Source: Candidatus Latescibacterota bacterium (lineage in GTDB: Bacteria > Latescibacterota > UBA2968 > SICM01). From it: 64,000 bases of DNA. Location of the stretch: NCBI GenBank assembly GCA_965217865.1, contig CBDCJO010000002.1:5312001-5376000 (forward strand), written 5' to 3'. The notes beneath the pieces are model-generated. The model did not search any database. It was given only the letters and a program-made list of their open reading frames with translations, and was not told the origin of the DNA. Positions within the stretch are counted from its first letter, which is position 1, and the number at the start of each line of letters is the position of its first letter. This document shows, piece by piece, positions 28,833 to 39,378 of this stretch. The position numbers and the translations under genes are program-made.

Positions 28833-30365
28833 CTACATTCCCCATTCCGCCTCCCTGTAATATCGATCCACGACAGGTTCCATCTCCCTGTTGATCTCCA
28901 CATCTGAAGCCCCTTCGAACATCCCCTTCCAGAAATGCAGCATTCCCGCCATCGCCTCCCGGTCCAGGAATTTTGTCGACCCTGGGAAATCCAGGTCCAA
29001 CGCCCGATTTTTAAGATCGAGCGTGGGAATCGCCTCCGCCTTCATGCCCAGATTCCATCCCCAGAGGCCCATCGTCGGAAGGGTATTCTGGTAGGGGAGG
29101 ACCGAAAATCCAGCCGCTTCCATGGTGCGCTGGATGCAAATAAAGGTCCGGGGGGCAAGGAGTGGGCTGGAACTCTGCGTCACAAGAACGCCGTATTCCG
29201 ACAGATGCCGTTTGCAGGAACGGTAAAACCCCTCTGAATAGAGCCGGGCGAGATCGGGCCCTTTCGGATCCGGCAGGTCGATCACAATCACATCGAACAG
29301 CTGATCTGAGGCCGACAGGAATCGACCCGCGTCGTTATTCACCACCCGAACCTTTGGGGCATTCAACGAGCCTTCATTGGCATCGAGAAGCGCTGGATGG
29401 GTCTTTGCCAGATCGGTCATGGCTGGATCCAGGTCCACGAGTGTGATTGATTTTACATCCGGGTATTTTAAGACCTCTCGAACCGCCAGGCCATCTCCTC
29501 CTCCCATGACCAGGACCCGTTCGCGAGAGGCGGCGAGATTCATCGCAGGATGTACCAGAGGTTCGTGATAGCGGGCTTCGTCATAAGTGCTGAATTGCAC
29601 CGATCCGTTCAGGTAGAGCCAGTGGTAACCCTTCCATTCCGTGATCACGATCCGCTGATAGCGGGTCTGGTCCTGGTAGATCACACGGTCCCGGTAGCGA
29701 CTCTGCTCACCGAAGAGCACGATCGGTCGTATCAAAATCCCCAGGGCCAAAATGCAGATCGCCACCGCTCCAAAGGCCGCGGTCAAGCGCCCCCGAAAGG
29801 CCGTCAGGTCCCGGTACTTCCAGAGAAGTATGGAGGCCACTCCAAAATTCACCGCGCCCAATGCGATGGGGGTATATGTCAAGCCCAAATGGGGCAGCGC
29901 AAAAAATGCGAACAGAAGCCCTCCTACCAGCGCTCCGTAATAGTCTTTCTCCATCACGGATGCGATGTTCGTTCGTAAATTCTCGTATGTCTGGTTCATC
30001 CTGGCGACCAGGGGGATCTCCATACCGATCAACAATCCTATCGCGGCCGCGTAGCCGTAAAGAACGGCCCCCGTCTGTCCGACGAGCGCCGTCCCGAAAT
30101 AGGCCGCTGCGCCACACGATGCGCACAGCGCTGATAGCGTAAATTCTACAGCGATGAAACGATCCAATAAACGCTTGGAGATATGTCGGCTCAGACGGCT
30201 GCCCAGCCCCATGGCAAAGAACATCAGGGACATCACCAGTGTCCACTGAAGGGTGGGGTTTCCGACCAGATAGCTGGCCAGCGTCGAGAGCGTGAACTCC
30301 GCAACAATCCCGGCGCACCCCGTTGCGAACAGACAGGCCTTAAGGAGATAGCTTCTCCCGGCCAC
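28833..30365 (-). CDS. speE: Membrane-anchored polyamine aminopropyltransferase (spermidine synthase family)
   Basis: N-terminal TM helices, YHEPLVHP, GGGDGLA, VDLDP, IDLPDP. Confidence 0.9.
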   Translation of the reverse strand: MAGRSYLLKACLFATGCAGIVAEFTLSTLASYLVGNPTLQWTLVMSLMFFAMGLGSRLSRHISKRLLDRFIAVEFTLSALCASCGAAAYFGTALVGQTGAVLYGYAAAIGLLIGMEIPLVARMNQTYENLRTNIASVMEKDYYGALVGGLLFAFFALPHLGLTYTPIALGAVNFGVASILLWKYRDLTAFRGRLTAAFGAVAICILALGILIRPIVLFGEQSRYRDRVIYQDQTRYQRIVITEWKGYHWLYLNGSVQFSTYDEARYHEPLVHPAMNLAASRERVLVMGGGDGLAVREVLKYPDVKSITLVDLDPAMTDLAKTHPALLDANEGSLNAPKVRVVNNDAGRFLSASDQLFDVIVIDLPDPKGPDLARLYSEGFYRSCKRHLSEYGVLVTQSSSPLLAPRTFICIQRTMEAAGFSVLPYQNTLPTMGLWGWNLGMKAEAIPTLDLKNRALDLDFPGSTKFLDREAMAGMLHFWKGMFEGASDVEINREMEPVVDRYYREAEWGM

Positions 30366-30476
30366 CGATCACCTCCCTTCCTTTCCAGACCCCGGTTCCG
30401 GGTTTCCCCCTTCCCTTCACACCTTCCCGATCCAATTTTCATGTGGATTGGGTCTTAGGAACCTGGAACTATTTTA

Positions 30477-31343
30477 TCATAGACTCCAAACGATGAGGAA
30501 CGACGCGCCTATGTATGAAAACGCCTCGATAAAACCCGCTCCCACGTTTGGCTTTTCGGGATGGGCGATCTCATCAGACAGTTTGCTTCCCGGTAAGAGG
30601 ATCTTGTCCGTGATGAATCGGCCGACCGGGAGGAGCACCAGCCCGATGGCCAGATAGATCAAAAAGGACTGGAGATTCATCGACCAGGATATAAAGTCCC
30701 CCTCGACCGCGTGGCGGACGATGTTCCCGATTCCGAACAGGGCCCCGGCAAAACCTAACCCTGCGGCAACGTTATCCCGTTCGATTTCCTTGTGGAGATC
30801 GTAAGGGGTGATCCAGTTGTAGACTACCCCCGCCAGCACCAGGCCAAGTTGCCCCAATACCCAGAAAACCGTCGTGCTGACGACCGTGCCAAGGGCACCC
30901 GCAACGGCCACCCCTGAGACGGCCCCGTAGATGACCATCCCGGTTGCGAGATATGAGGCGCAGACAACCGCACCTGTTCCAACATTCTGGTCCCGGATAA
31001 TCTCATCTCGAATAGGGAAACCGTGGAGGATCAATCGGTCGTTGATAAAACGGGAGAGATTCAACAGCACGATCGACAAAGGTCCGAAGATCATCACATC
31101 GATCAAGTCTTCCTCCAGACCGTGTGAATCTCCTGACATCACACCCCCGATGGACAGGACCAGACCCATGTAGTATCCCACCATGGCAATCGCAAGGGCC
31201 TTGTTGCCCTTTTCGGCCAACTCCTCCCGCACGCGATAGGTGGGGGTGGTCCAATCGTACACGAGTTTCCCGATCAAGAACAGGATGTAGGAGCAGACCA
31301 GATAAATCCCCGTGGTCATTAAGTCAGTCCAATTAATTGTCAT
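30477..31343 (-). CDS. DUF350 family membrane protein (repeated modules)
   Basis: Repeated E(L/I)...N.A/G.G motifs between TM helices. Confidence 0.85.
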   Translation of the reverse strand: MTINWTDLMTTGIYLVCSYILFLIGKLVYDWTTPTYRVREELAEKGNKALAIAMVGYYMGLVLSIGGVMSGDSHGLEEDLIDVMIFGPLSIVLLNLSRFINDRLILHGFPIRDEIIRDQNVGTGAVVCASYLATGMVIYGAVSGVAVAGALGTVVSTTVFWVLGQLGLVLAGVVYNWITPYDLHKEIERDNVAAGLGFAGALFGIGNIVRHAVEGDFISWSMNLQSFLIYLAIGLVLLPVGRFITDKILLPGSKLSDEIAHPEKPNVGAGFIEAFSYIGASFLIVWSL

Positions 31344-32035
31344 TTTCCAAATCCCCCGAAGCTACGGCTTCCAAAACCGGACCTGCTCCTACCGGCCCGA
31401 CTCCGAACCCTTTGCGAAAAGGAACTCTTCCTTCGCGCCATCGCCTGCTTGCGCCGCGCGAAGAAACTCGGTCTTTGTTGTTTGGTGATCGATCCCTTCG
31501 TTCCGAATTCTTTTTTTCGGCCGAAATAAGGACGCCTCTGAGTCCGATGGGTCCGATAACTGTCGTAATCATTCCGATAGACCGACCTCCCGCCCCACCC
31601 GAGCATGTGGCTCATCATGGCGTACTGTCCGTAAAAGACCCAGAAACTGTTCCCTCCTCCACCCCCCCAGTGGCCGTATTGGGGATTCCCGACATAATGG
31701 TAGCCTGCGGGGTGAGGCGTACTGTTCACCCCCTTGTCGGACTTGGCCACAAGGGCCATCCCCAAAAAGGCCTCGTATTTTCGATACACGGACTCCGGAA
31801 CCTCGACCCAGTTTGTCTCGATCTGCTTTTCCCCCTGCGTGATCTTATATCGATGGTAGTACTCGGGGAAATATGCCCCCTCCTCACGCATATCTTCCAG
31901 GATAATCATATAGTCGGGGGCCGAAGCAAGACTCCGCTGCATCTGTTCAACCGGGTCACGGGTTCCGCAACTCCACATCGCTAAGGTCATCGCGATCACA
32001 ACAACGACGATCCAGATCCTACCAATGGAGGACAT
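31340..32035 (-). CDS. Lipoprotein with Gly/Arg/Ser-rich tail
   Basis: Lipobox-like MWSC; GY.YVGN.QYG.W...SFW.FYGQY motif; basic C-terminus. Confidence 0.8.
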   Translation of the reverse strand: MSSIGRIWIVVVVIAMTLAMWSCGTRDPVEQMQRSLASAPDYMIILEDMREEGAYFPEYYHRYKITQGEKQIETNWVEVPESVYRKYEAFLGMALVAKSDKGVNSTPHPAGYHYVGNPQYGHWGGGGGNSFWVFYGQYAMMSHMLGWGGRSVYRNDYDSYRTHRTQRRPYFGRKKEFGTKGSITKQQRPSFFARRKQAMARRKSSFSQRVRSRAGRSRSGFGSRSFGGFGK

Positions 32036-32081
32036 ATGATTCCTTTCGTTGGTTCGTGGAGGGGGCAGGGGAGAAGGGCGT

Positions 32082-33512
32082 TTAGTCGAGTTCCGTAGCA
32101 ACGAATTTTAATCGACCCATCCGTTCCACCTGGAAAACAACCGTTTCGTGCACCGGGAAACTCTTTATCGCAGAACGCAATTCGACCAGACTCGTGACGG
32201 GTTCTCCATTGATCGAATAGATCACGTCCCCTTGGGCGAATGCATCCTCGGCATAAGGGGCGTCGACTGCCTTGTCGGCAACGACGACCCCGGTCCGCTT
32301 TCTGAGCGGTGGCAGCAGTTTTGAGATCTTCTCATCCAGTTCGATCGCCAGAATACCCAGCCGCGGGACAAGGTTTTTATCCGGGCTGACCATCCCGGAT
32401 AAATTTTCAAATTCTTCCGCCCGTTCGATCACTGAAACAGGTAGGGTGAGGCGCCTGGAACCCCTGAGCACCTCGAGATTCACGGTTTCACCGATAGACC
32501 GTCGATAGAGGTTGACCTCGAACTGGCGGCTGTTTTCCATGATCTTTCCGTCCATGGCAAGCACCAAATCACCCACCCTGAGCCCGGCACTATCGGCAGG
32601 GCCATCGGGTGCCACGTCTGAAATAAGGACGCCCCAGGCCTGAGGGAGCCTCAGTCCGGCGGCCAGCACCGGATTGATGTTCTGGGCATCTGCGCCGATA
32701 ATTCCCCGGCGGACCCGTCCAGTGGTGCGAATCTGCTCAAACACATTCCTTAGGATATTGCTAGGCCCGGCAAAACCGATCCCTTCATACCCTCCGGACT
32801 GTGAGAAGATGAAGGTGTTGATCCCGACCACAAGACCTTCCATTGAAACCAGGGGACCACCGCTGTTTCCGGGGTTAACGGAGGCATCGGTCTGGATATA
32901 GATCATGGGATCCTCGGGCCGGAGTTGCCGCGCCACGGCGCTCACGACACCCATGGTGACGGAATTCTCCAATCCGAGAGGACTTCCAAAGGCGAGGACG
33001 ATCTGCCCTGGCCGGAGATCCTCAGAATCGCCCAGTTTAAGGTAGGGAAGGCCCGTTTCAGCAATTTTCACCACGGCCATATCGGTCTCAGAGTCGAAAC
33101 CGACCAACTGCGCCCCAATCAGCCTTCCCCGGGGCTTCAGAATGGACTTTCTCTCGATATTCCCTGCTGACGGTCGGTTTAGAAGGATCTGGATTCTGCG
33201 GGCGCCTTCCACCACGTGAGCATTGGTGACGATATAACCCTCCGGGTGGAGGATGAACCCTGATCCGATCCGATGTCGACGAGCCAAAAGGGCCCCGACG
33301 CTTTCGCCTCCGCCGGGGGTGTAACCGGTCGCGAAAACCTGGACGACAGCTGGGGCAACCCCCTCGGATATGATTTCAAAAGCATCGCTGATTTTTGCAG
33401 CAGACAAGAGGATATTTCCCCGGTCTGCAGGTTTGGCCCCAAGATCTGGAGGGACGGTAAAGCTACAAGAAAAGGCGATGACAGCGATGATGAGGTTGTC
33501 AAGCGTTTTCAT
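32082..33512 (-). CDS. HtrA/DegP family serine protease with two PDZ domains
   Basis: GSGF, TNAHVV, DMAVVK, GNSGGPL. Confidence 0.93.
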   Translation of the reverse strand: MKTLDNLIIAVIAFSCSFTVPPDLGAKPADRGNILLSAAKISDAFEIISEGVAPAVVQVFATGYTPGGGESVGALLARRHRIGSGFILHPEGYIVTNAHVVEGARRIQILLNRPSAGNIERKSILKPRGRLIGAQLVGFDSETDMAVVKIAETGLPYLKLGDSEDLRPGQIVLAFGSPLGLENSVTMGVVSAVARQLRPEDPMIYIQTDASVNPGNSGGPLVSMEGLVVGINTFIFSQSGGYEGIGFAGPSNILRNVFEQIRTTGRVRRGIIGADAQNINPVLAAGLRLPQAWGVLISDVAPDGPADSAGLRVGDLVLAMDGKIMENSRQFEVNLYRRSIGETVNLEVLRGSRRLTLPVSVIERAEEFENLSGMVSPDKNLVPRLGILAIELDEKISKLLPPLRKRTGVVVADKAVDAPYAEDAFAQGDVIYSINGEPVTSLVELRSAIKSFPVHETVVFQVERMGRLKFVATELD

Positions 33513-33644
33513 CGAGGTTTCTCGGGATTACGATTGTAAAGGTCGAACTTTTGCAATGAGGCTCTCTGCCCAGATCTCACCCTTTGGCCGATTGGATCTC
33601 CGGAATTTTGTCCAGCGCCTTGGCCTTCAAAGTTCCCAGGGGTC

Positions 33645-34124
33645 TTATGCAAAAGTCTTCAGGACTTCCTGTTGGATCGACTGGAGTTCTGAATATGCTT
33701 TGTTGATCTCATCGATTTTTAACTGAAGGTGGTTCATCAACTGTTTTTTCTCCAGCCCGTTTCTGATGATGATTCGAAGATCCTCGTTATCCCACGGTTT
33801 CTCGATATACTGAAAAAGGCCGACTTCGTTGATCGCTTTGATCGCATTTTCCTTATCCGCATAGCCCGTCAGGATAATCCTCGGTATCTCAGGTTTGATT
33901 TCCCTTACGCGGCCAAGGAAACTGATCCCGTCCATCTGGGGCATCAGATAATCGGAAATCACAAGATCCACATCGTTTTCCTGAACAAATTCGAGGGCTT
34001 TCTCTGCGGAGGTGAAGGAAGTAACTTCGTATTCGGTCTCGAGGGTCAGGAAGGAGTTGATGCTTGTCAAAACCATCTCCTCATCGTCAACGATCACGAT
34101 TTTACCGATTTCATGATTTTCCAT
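33645..34124 (-). CDS. Response regulator receiver with C-terminal coiled coil
   Basis: VDDE, SDYLMP, LTGY, EKPW. Confidence 0.9.
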   Translation of the reverse strand: MENHEIGKIVIVDDEEMVLTSINSFLTLETEYEVTSFTSAEKALEFVQENDVDLVISDYLMPQMDGISFLGRVREIKPEIPRIILTGYADKENAIKAINEVGLFQYIEKPWDNEDLRIIIRNGLEKKQLMNHLQLKIDEINKAYSELQSIQQEVLKTFA

Positions 34125-34177
34125 CGATCACCCCTGTTGAGAAATTAAAGCGTTCCGCCGATGGAACGGCATCCGGG

Positions 34178-34624
34178 TCATGTCTCTCCTGCCGTTGTTT
34201 CGATGTTTACCCTTCCGACCAGTCCCCGAAGCTTTTTGACCATTGCCTTGAGTATTCCCTGTGTGATTTGGACGTTGTCTGCGAGCAGGTCGATAAATTC
34301 CTCTTTGTCGATCCTCAGTGCCCGGGTTTCCTCAATGGCCGTGGCAGAAGTCATCCGGGGTTCATCGTCAAACAGCGCCCAGGAGCCGAACGTTTCGTTC
34401 GAACCCGCAACTTTCACAACAAGATCGTTGCGATGAAGCCTTACCTGTCCTTCCAGGATCAGGTACGTGGTTTCCGCAGGATCCTGGTCTTTGTAGATGG
34501 TCTCCCCGTGTGGAAACGAGACCTCCTCCGCAATCGCAGCGATGTGGGCGAGCTGTTCCGTGGAAACCTCGGAAAATTCCTCCACGTTCTGAAGGAATAT
34601 GACTTTTTCGATCACCGTGAGCAT
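34178..34624 (-). CDS. Cyclic nucleotide-binding domain protein
   Basis: IEKVIFLQ.V..F, FG.WALFDDEPR..SA. Confidence 0.88.
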   Translation of the reverse strand: MLTVIEKVIFLQNVEEFSEVSTEQLAHIAAIAEEVSFPHGETIYKDQDPAETTYLILEGQVRLHRNDLVVKVAGSNETFGSWALFDDEPRMTSATAIEETRALRIDKEEFIDLLADNVQITQGILKAMVKKLRGLVGRVNIETTAGET

Positions 34625-34676
34625 ATTGTGCGGATCGGAGGAATAAGGGGAATCCTAAAGGGTTGATATGATCATA

Positions 34677-36411
34677 TTATGAGTTTGGCCCCGGGTTGTC
34701 AATTCCTTTTATATGGTCCTTTTTTCTGATGACCATCTCGGCTGTCTGGCGAATGACCAAGTCCGGGTCGTGCACGGCCTCTTCGACCAAATTTAACAAT
34801 TCAGGGGACTCCACCGCCCCGACGTTGTATATCGCACAAGCCTTCAACCATGAATCCCCCCCGCGGATAAGATAGATCAGAGCATCCACCCGGTTTTCGA
34901 TTTGCCCTCCCAATACTCCCTGTCGTTGAAAGATGGCAGACTCTCCGGGCACCTGGTCAATATAAGGAAAAATGATATCTTTCAGGTTTTTCTGTACGAC
35001 ATTATCGAGAAATTCGATTGCGCTTGCTCGAACCGACCTGCTTCCACTGACGATTCCCCGATAGGCATTGTATATATCCTTGGCCGGATAGTGTAATCCG
35101 AGAAGTCTGAAGATGAATTCCAGTTTTTGATCCAGCTTCTCGGATATGGCTTTGCCAAGGAGTTTTTCAGCCCCGTCGTTCCCGATCGGATTCTCCCGGA
35201 GAACGTGAAGGGACTTTAGAATTTCACCGTAGGTTTTGGCCTCTTCGATCAATGCCCCATCGACGGCCTTTTCGTTGAACCACAACTCGGGGTATCGACG
35301 AAGCTTGTTCAACGATTTGATGAGGGGATGTTTTAGTCGGACATCCTCCTGGTCGATTCGTGCCATCAATATGTCCACAGACTGTTGGGTGGGAATTTCA
35401 TTCAGGACCCTGAGAATGTTGGATCGGGTAATCAGATCCAACGTGGGGTCCGAAAGATAATCTTCAAGCAGGTCCAGGACTTTTGGGCCGAATGTAGTCA
35501 GGGCTTTCCGTGCATCCGCGCGGTATCGTGTGTCCGAGAGCTTGGAGATTAGCAAGGGAACGAATTCGAGATCGCCGATTCGGCCGACACTATCGATGGT
35601 CTGCCTGGCGACGGGAGGGGAAGGATCTTTTATCAAGTCCAAAAGGTACGGGTTCAGCTTTGACCTGTTCAAGGCTCCTAAAACTTTTGCTGCCTGTATC
35701 CTGCTGGTCTCTCCTCCCTCGCCTTCTCGGTCGGCCAGGGATTCAATGAATGCCTCGTCGATAAGGTCTTTTTCTTCCGGGGTGCCGTAGGTTGCGACGC
35801 ATTCGACCGCAGCCCCCTGTATCCTAGGATCCGGATCCTGCAGGTATTTTTTCAACCAGTTCGGCCTGTCTCCACCGGCCTGCTGGAAAAACAGGTGCAT
35901 GGCTTCCCGGCGCACATCCGGATCGTCATCCTGAAGAAGATCCTCCAGCTCAAGTTTCAGGTCCTGCGGACCCTGTCTCTGGAGGGTCTGTATGGCCTTT
36001 CGGCGCACTTCGGCTGAATCGTGCGCTACGAGAGAAAGGACAGGCCCTACCAGCCCCGAATCTTTAATCGATGACAGCATGTCCAGGGCGTATACCACCT
36101 GACGTTCATTTCCGCTTTCCAGGGACGTCACCAGCGATTTGATTGATGAGGCCTCTGAGATATCCGACCGGAGCTCACCCAGATCGATCTCGTGTCTCTC
36201 CAGGGCCTTGCGAAATGCCTCCACATAGGCCCGCCGGGTCCGAAAAATCAGGATAGACCAGATCCCTATCAGGGTGAGGGAGATAAGGCTCAGGTGATGG
36301 TAAGCCATCCCCAAAAACCCTGTCAGCAGCAGGACCAGAACGGCCCCGACCCCGGTTGCCAGATTGTCGACGGTGGTGTCGATCAGGATCTTGGTCCGCT
36401 GCTTAACCTAG
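34677..36411 (-). pseudogene. Npt/TLC-like nucleotide transporter-HEAT repeat protein, 3' part
   Basis: VKQRTKILIDT.VD, last TM helices, HEAT repeats (D.DPDVRREA), RASAIEFLDN. Confidence 0.85.
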
Positions 36412-37937
36412 CAGCCCGTTGAAGAACTACCTTTCAACGCACATAAACGGAAAAGACGCCTGGAGTGCGGGTCGGATAAATCAAGGTAAGGAGATTGAGC
36501 AGGAGACGCTGATAAGAGGTTAAAAAGGTGACCGAGGGCAGCAAACGTGATTGTAGGACGAGCAGTAGACGCTGCAAGGCCTTGGCCAGGTCCTGGAGGG
36601 CCTTCGGAGTACCTACGCCCATCACTTTGCGCATGAGCAGAGCCAGGTTGCAGCCCCCGATGTGGATCAGCAAACGCTTGAGGATATTGCCGCGGTCTCT
36701 CAAGTGCAACCTGCGCATGCCACCGGTATCATATGTGTGAGCGATGGTTCTTTCCACCCGTTCTGCACGACTTCGGCGCAAGGCCTTGCCGCGATCTCCC
36801 TTGATCCGGCGTCGATTCGCATATACCGCGGCCTGCTCATCTCGTCGGCCGTTCCACTTGCGGCGTCCCCGATCCGGTTCTGAAATGTAACTCCGGATGC
36901 CGCCTTGCTTCAGACTGGTCAATACATCGTTGCTATGATATCCTTTGTCCGCAACCACCTCCCGTATACGCTGTCTGTGCAAACGTTTGGCAGCTTTTTC
37001 GTCCTTCGCGACCTGCTTGAGATTGAGCGGCGCCTCGAGCAGCGTCCAGGGCAACGACTCGGTATCTCCTTCATCTGCTCCCGACAACGCCACTGCCACA
37101 ATGGCATTGGTGTCCAGATCCACCGCGTGCTCCACCTTGTGCGCCATGTGCGTGCGACCGTCCTTCATCTTAGCGATCTTGGCATCCGGGTCGTGCGGGT
37201 GCTCCCAGTCCTGGTTCGATCCCTTCTTCGGTCGCTTCTTATCGATCTTGGACAAGTCCTCGCGGGTAGGCGTTTCAATGCCCGAGGCCTTGGCCAGATT
37301 CTCAAGGAATGCCTGGTAGCCTTCACCCGTGTCACGGCGTACAATGCTGCGCATCGCGGCGTTGGCCTCCAGTGTCGTAGCATCCACGCCCAACGTCTTC
37401 CCCTTCACCAGACCCGCTTTGCACAAGACCCTCAGGATCCACTTGAAAACCGCTTCGTGAACTTCCAAGGGAAGCCGATGCCGGATGCGAGACAGGCTGG
37501 AATGATCCGGGGTCTGTTCGTCAAGGGCATACCCCAAAAACCGGCGCAACGTCAGCGAGTCAGATACACGCCATTCGATCCCACGTTCCGAATCAAGTCC
37601 CTCGAAATACCCAATCAAAAGCATCCGAAAATAAACCCCGGGCGGAATGCCCTTGCGACCCATATGAGGAGCGTAATACCGCTGGCAAAGCCCCTCGACG
37701 AACTCGTCGAAGCCGTTCGCCCCCAATACCTGATTCAGCTTCTCGTAGAACGGATGACCCGGAGATTTCACCAAAGTGTTCGATGCGATGAACAGGTTTT
37801 CCTGTCTCTGTCGTCCTCGTTTTCCCATTGCCATTTGCTCGTCCTCCCTTCTCAGTTTGAACCTGATATATCATAGGACCAAACCACAAGGAAAGACAAC
37901 AGTCATCTTGGCATAAACGCACTTTTTCAACAGGCTG
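36412..37937 (-). mobile_element. Insertion sequence, IS1182/IS5-type
   Basis: Terminal IRs cagcccgttgaagaa / cagcctgttgaaaaa (13 of 15); CTAG duplicated at 36408-36411 and 37938-37941. Confidence 0.92.
36434..37834 (-). CDS. DDE transposase (DUF772 + DDE_Tnp_1 type)
   Basis: SERGIEW, TPDHSSLS, VDATTLEANA, ADKGY, R..RVER. Confidence 0.93.
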   Translation of the reverse strand: MAMGKRGRQRQENLFIASNTLVKSPGHPFYEKLNQVLGANGFDEFVEGLCQRYYAPHMGRKGIPPGVYFRMLLIGYFEGLDSERGIEWRVSDSLTLRRFLGYALDEQTPDHSSLSRIRHRLPLEVHEAVFKWILRVLCKAGLVKGKTLGVDATTLEANAAMRSIVRRDTGEGYQAFLENLAKASGIETPTREDLSKIDKKRPKKGSNQDWEHPHDPDAKIAKMKDGRTHMAHKVEHAVDLDTNAIVAVALSGADEGDTESLPWTLLEAPLNLKQVAKDEKAAKRLHRQRIREVVADKGYHSNDVLTSLKQGGIRSYISEPDRGRRKWNGRRDEQAAVYANRRRIKGDRGKALRRSRAERVERTIAHTYDTGGMRRLHLRDRGNILKRLLIHIGGCNLALLMRKVMGVGTPKALQDLAKALQRLLLVLQSRLLPSVTFLTSYQRLLLNLLTLIYPTRTPGVFSVYVR

Positions 37938-38552
37938 CTAGGGCGGGATGGGCAGAAAGAGAATTTCTGTGGCGGCCTTGTGAATGGAATGCCGAAATCC
38001 GCCGTCACCGATCTTGATTGTGATCCCTGCCCAAAGCCCTGGAATTATCAGTATTGCCAGCGAACCGAGCCCCAGGCTCAAGGGCAGGAAGAAGAGCGCC
38101 ACACCAACACCGAGGGATCTCAGGATTCGTGTGGTAAATAGCAACTGGAAACAAAACGCAAAGGCGCTGAGATAGGCGAAAAACTGGCCAAAAAAAGCTG
38201 TCTTTTCATCCCTGAGGGGGTAGACCCTCCACGATCTCGTTAAACTGTACCTCTACGATCGTCGCCACTACAGCCACCAAACCAGCGGACAGGGCAAGGT
38301 GGCGCAGGAGGTCGGACTTTGCGATGGATCTCAGGGCGCCTTCCGGCCGTTCTTTCTCCCGTCGCAGGCGGCCCTCTTCGGGGCGGGCACCGTAGAGCAG
38401 CCCCAGACAACTTCCGATTGCCGCTACGCAAACGAGGAGCAGGTCCTCCGTGCCGACGATTTCGACGATCCATCCCGTGAAGGCCCCCCCAAGGATGGCC
38501 CCGGCAATGCCCCCGGTGCCGATCAGTCCGAACAGCCGTCGCGCTTCGCGTG
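37938..38552 (-). pseudogene. Npt/TLC-like transporter, middle part (5' deleted; frameshift near 38225)
   Basis: REARRLFGLIGTGGIAG..., QLLFTTRILRSLGV, RHSIHKAATEILFLPIP. Confidence 0.8.
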
Positions 38553-39378
38553 GAGGCCGCGTTCCACTTCGCTTGTGCCCACCATTGAAAAGCTAGGGAG
38601 TTTCCGACGGTTCAGTCCTGAGACAACGGCTTCGAATTGTTCTGCCGAAAGGCCCAGAAGAGGTGCGACGTACACGGCCTCCACTTCAGGGGAGAGGGCA
38701 TCGAGTCCGGCCTCGACGGATTCTTCAACAGAAATAAAGTCCATCTGGATGTCGAGGTCACCAACAGCTTTAATCAGGTTTTCCCGGACCTCCGGAATGG
38801 CTTTGCGGACGACCCCTGTATTCAGAAAGGCGATCCGGGAAAATGAAACGACTTCGCGAAAGATTTTCAGATCGCTTTTAACATCCGAGGGAAAAGTGAT
38901 ATAACTCAGATTTTTCACCCCGCTCGTCCCGTCTTTCAGGGGAATTCCCTGGACCTTTGGATCCAGAACAAACGGGGCCACAACGGGCTTGGCCAGCGGT
39001 CCTTTTCGACGACAGATATCGTTAGAGGCCAGGACTCCTGACGCGATGATGATCCGGACCTCCGGGTCGGCCAGCAGTTTATCCAGAGCGGCTCGAATCG
39101 CGGAGACGGTCCAATCGGCCTGTATCAGCTTGTCCGGGGGAAACTCAACGTTGAACTCCCCCCGGGTGAGGTCCCAGGATCTCGTCCTGAAAGGATTTCA
39201 CGATTTCATCGTTCCGTTCCCAAGGCCCGTCAATGACGATGCCGATCCGAACGAGTGGCAGTTCGGAGGCCCTCAGCGGGGTCAGGAAGAGGGTAAGAAC
39301 CGACAGCCCACCGAATAAAATTGAAACCAATTTAGGCCAGAACCGGTTTGGCATAGAGATCACCTCGTTTTTCTTCAA
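38553..39378 (-). pseudogene. Exported ABC substrate-binding-like protein, frameshifted (about 39173) and 3'-truncated
   Basis: Signal peptide, IGIVIDGPW; continues in another frame DLTRGEF..SGVKNLSYI..LPSFS..G.SEVERG, then joins the Npt sequence. Confidence 0.7.

Noticed and set aside
36905-37876. 323-aa plus-strand ORF
   Set aside because: Antisense shadow of the transposase; no recognisable motifs
37938-37940. Amber recoding (pyrrolysine or code 15)
   Set aside because: TAG acts as a normal stop in other genes here (27329, 28833, 48562, 63270), and the affected gene has other lesions
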